This document shows positions 61,274-64,000 of a stretch of DNA of 64,000 nucleotides, piece by piece. The stretch's first letter is position 1, and each line of letters starts with the position of its first letter. A model generated the notes under the pieces. It made no database searches and had not been told where the DNA came from. It worked only from the letters and a program-made list of their open reading frames with translations. Position numbers and translations under genes: made by a program. Origin of the DNA: Isosphaeraceae bacterium. GTDB lineage: Bacteria; Planctomycetota; Planctomycetia; Isosphaerales; Isosphaeraceae. The stretch is from positions 124,001-188,000 of the forward strand of contig CBDAVP010000004.1 in NCBI GenBank assembly GCA_965201075.1, in the 5' to 3' direction.

Positions 61274-62809
61274 GTGGGCGTGACCGACTACCGACCGATC
61301 CTCGATGGCCTGGACGACGCGATTCTGGTGGTGGATCGCTCGCTCCGGGTGGTCTTCGCCAACGCCGAGGCCGAAGCATTGCTGGGCGACTCGGCCGAGG
61401 AGCTAGTCGGGCGTCCGCTGGCGGGGCTGGTCGTGATGGATCCGCCCGAGACCCCCGGGTCGAGCCGGGCGACCTTCCGAGGGTGGACCACCCGTCGAGG
61501 GGGGGGAACGCTGGAGGTCGAGGTCGGCTGGCGTCCCTTGGCGACCCCCGACGGAGTGTTCGCGGTGGCCACACTCCATCGGCCCGATCCGTCGGGGGAG
61601 GGCCGGGCCCGGGAGGAACTTCGCCACGCCCGGGCCGAGGCCGACCGCGTCGGCGCCGCCAAGACGCAGTTCCTGGCCGCCGTCAGCCACGATTTGCGTA
61701 CCCCGGTCAATGCCGTGAGTCTCCAGGCCGAACTGCTGGGCTACCTGGTCGAAGGGGCCGACCCTCCCGTGCCGGTCGACCTGCGCGACCTGGCCGGCGA
61801 CCTGCGCAAGGCCGCGGGGGGACTGGTCGAGCTAGTCAACGACCTGCTGGACCTGGCCCGGTTCGACTCCGGACGCATCGACCACCGCCCCACCGACTTC
61901 GCCCCCGAGGAATGGCTCGAAACCACACTCGGCCCGCTGAGGACCACGGCCTCGACCAAGGGATTGGCGCTGTCCTGGCGGGTCGACCGCCCCGGGCGCA
62001 TCCTGCATGCCGACCGGGTCAAACTCGGCCGGGTGTTGACGAACCTGGTGGGCAACGCCCTGAAGTTCACCGAGGCCGGTTCCGTCGCCGTCTGGTTGGG
62101 GGCCGACGACGGCGGGCGACTGGTTTTGGCCGTGACCGACACCGGCCTGGGCATCCCCGCCGACCAACTCGGGCGGATCTTCGACGAGTTCGCCCAGTTG
62201 CGTAACCCCGAGCGCGACCGCTCCAAGGGGGTCGGCCTGGGCCTGGCCATCTGCCGGAGACTGATCGAAACGGCAGATGGCCACCTGGAGGCCCGGAGCC
62301 AGGTGGGACTTGGCAGCACCTTCACCGCGACCTACCCGGCCGACCACCTCGCCGACGTAAGCCCCCCTCCTGCCCCGCCCGTCGCGGGCTCGCCCGGCGA
62401 AGCGATCCATCGGCCGACGATCCTGCTGGTGGAAGACGACGAGGGAAGCCTCCGGCCGCTGGTCCGGCTGCTGGAGCGCGACGGGTTCACCGTCGAGCCG
62501 GCCCGGGAAGGGACCGAGGCCCTCGCCGCCCTGGGACGCTGTTCTCCGGCCCTGATGCTGCTGGACCTGCGCCTGCCCGGCCTCGACGGCCCGGAGGTTT
62601 TGCGTCGGCTGCGGTCCGACCCCGCCCACAAATCCTTGCCGGTGGTGGTCCTGTCCGGCGACGTCGACGGCGAGCGGCTGGACCGCGCCCGGTCGCTGGG
62701 CGTGGCCGGGGTGCTCGCCAAGCCGGTCGATTTCGAGAGTCTGAAAGCCTTGCTGGGCCGCCTCTTGCCGCATCCCGCGACCGCCGCCTCGCCAACCCGG
62801 CCCCGCTGA
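61274..62809 (+). CDS. PAS-containing hybrid sensor histidine kinase/response regulator
   Basis: PAS (DAILVVD..VFANAEAE), H-box SHDLRTP, NLVGNALKFT, DTGLGI, GVGLGL, receiver domain (LVEDD, LLDLRLP, AKP); start uncertain within 61250-61280. Confidence 0.93.
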   Translation: MGVTDYRPILDGLDDAILVVDRSLRVVFANAEAEALLGDSAEELVGRPLAGLVVMDPPETPGSSRATFRGWTTRRGGGTLEVEVGWRPLATPDGVFAVATLHRPDPSGEGRAREELRHARAEADRVGAAKTQFLAAVSHDLRTPVNAVSLQAELLGYLVEGADPPVPVDLRDLAGDLRKAAGGLVELVNDLLDLARFDSGRIDHRPTDFAPEEWLETTLGPLRTTASTKGLALSWRVDRPGRILHADRVKLGRVLTNLVGNALKFTEAGSVAVWLGADDGGRLVLAVTDTGLGIPADQLGRIFDEFAQLRNPERDRSKGVGLGLAICRRLIETADGHLEARSQVGLGSTFTATYPADHLADVSPPPAPPVAGSPGEAIHRPTILLVEDDEGSLRPLVRLLERDGFTVEPAREGTEALAALGRCSPALMLLDLRLPGLDGPEVLRRLRSDPAHKSLPVVVLSGDVDGERLDRARSLGVAGVLAKPVDFESLKALLGRLLPHPATAASPTRPR

Positions 62810-62942
62810 CGGGCGTTCGCCCCTCGCCTCCGACGGCCCGCATCGCGAGAATCGACCGGGCCGACCGCCTCGGGAAAATTCCGGCGACATTCCATCCAGA
62901 ACGGCGGCTGAGCCCGGTGTATCCCCACGGGGAACGACGCCG

Positions 62943-63545
62943 ATGGACGACCTTCCGAGCACCCGGGCGAGCCTCCTGATCCGCTTGAGGGACCCGCAAG
63001 ACGAGCGGGCCTGGGCGGAGTTCGTGGAGCTTTACCGGCCGTTGGTCCGAAGGCTGGCCCGCCGTCGGGGGCTCCAGGAGGCCGACGCCGATGACCTGGC
63101 CCAGGACGTTTTTCGAGCCGTCGCCTCGGCGATCGGCCGGTTCGAGTGCGACCCCGCCCGGGGCTCGTTCCGGGCCTGGCTGTCGACGATCGCGAGGAAC
63201 CTCATCCTCAACCTCCTGTCCAGCCGTGGCCACCGACTGCGGGGCAGCGGCGACTCGGAGGTTGCCCGCTGGCTCGACGAGCAGCCCGACCCCCAGCCGG
63301 AGGACACCTCGGCCGAGTTCGACCGCGAGTACCGCCGACAGCTTTTCGACTGGGCCGCCAGCCACGTCCGCGAGGAGGTCTCCGACCTGGAGTGGCGGGC
63401 CTTCCAACTCGGAGGAGTCGAGGGCCGGCCCGCCGCCGAGGTCGCCGCCCGGCTCGGCACCACCATCGGCACGGTCTACTCCTACAAGAGCCGCGTCATG
63501 GCCCGTTTGAAACGCCGGATCGAATCGTTCTCCGACGGACTTTGA
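62943..63545 (+). CDS. ECF RNA polymerase sigma factor (Ser/Thr-kinase-associated planctomycete type)
   Basis: STRASLLIRLRD..AWAEF, DADDLAQDV, GSFRAWLSTIARN, AEVA..LG..VYSYKSR. Confidence 0.93.
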   Translation: MDDLPSTRASLLIRLRDPQDERAWAEFVELYRPLVRRLARRRGLQEADADDLAQDVFRAVASAIGRFECDPARGSFRAWLSTIARNLILNLLSSRGHRLRGSGDSEVARWLDEQPDPQPEDTSAEFDREYRRQLFDWAASHVREEVSDLEWRAFQLGGVEGRPAAEVAARLGTTIGTVYSYKSRVMARLKRRIESFSDGL

Positions 63546-63575
63546 ATCCCTCTCTCCACCCGAGGCCCGACGACG

Positions 63576-64000
63576 ATGGTGAGCCAACCCCGCGACCGCT
63601 GCGACGAGGACCGCCTCCGTCGCTTCTTCGAGGACGACTCCGAAGGCCCCGACCGCGACGAGATCCTGGCCCACCTGGAGGGTTGCCCCACCTGCCAGCG
63701 ACGCCTGGACCAGTTCTCGGCCGACTGCCCGTGGTGGGAGGACGTACGCCGGTTCGCCCCCGACTGGACGTCCGGGCCGTCGGTCCCGCCTCCGGAGGTC
63801 GCCGAGTTCCTCGACCCGCCGACCGCCGAGGGGGACCTGGGTCAGTTCGGCCCGTACCGGATCACCGAGGTCATCGGCCGGGGCGGGATGGGCGTGGTCC
63901 TGGGGGCGTTCGACCCGTCGTTGCATCGCAAGGTGGCCATCAAGGTACTGGCGCCGCAACTGGCGGCGGTCGCCTCGGCCCGCCGACGGTTCGGCCGGGA
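63576..64000 (+). CDS. serine/threonine protein kinase (truncated by the window end)
   Basis: Translated by hand, not in the ORF track: MVSQPRDRCDE...HLEGCPTC...FGPYRITEVIGRGGMGVV...KVAIKVL. Confidence 0.92.
   Translation, partial: MVSQPRDRCDEDRLRRFFEDDSEGPDRDEILAHLEGCPTCQRRLDQFSADCPWWEDVRRFAPDWTSGPSVPPPEVAEFLDPPTAEGDLGQFGPYRITEVIGRGGMGVVLGAFDPSLHRKVAIKVLAPQLAAVASARRRFGR

Overview
High-GC chromosomal window, almost certainly from a planctomycete (Isosphaeraceae-like). The markers are a DUF1559 prepilin-like gene, LEPR-XLL-type N-termini, a PEP-CTERM protein, several Uma2 genes and an ECF sigma/Ser-Thr kinase pair. About 56 genes are supportable. Housekeeping genes (argC, hisA, an EF-G paralog, metH, truA, asd, cysE, csrA) are interleaved with accessory modules: a pentaheme cytochrome c/PA14 protein with a beta-propeller partner; a GAF-PAS-GAF-HD-GYP-GGDEF protein; a split, order-reversed ArgZ/AgrE-like arginine catabolism pair; a vsr-MTase-Eco29kI-family restriction-modification cassette; a Gly/Thr-repeat extracellular protein behind a candidate sigma54 promoter; and a sugar-catabolism cluster interrupted by tandem Uma2 genes, a secreted caspase-like protease with a 2-TM partner and an orphan-PIN toxin-antitoxin-like pair. 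Also present are a Cys-less radical-SAM-fold protein and a cryptic, triply frameshifted Ig-repeat/HEXXH protein whose lower-GC C-terminus adjoins the lower-GC N-terminus of a membrane-anchored partner. That last pair is my best candidate for an undescribed, polymorphic effector/immunity-like system. Three genes are disrupted at or beside homopolymer runs, which may be sequencing error. I recognised no rRNA, tRNA, CRISPR array or transposase. All calls come from reading motifs by eye; no database searches were run.
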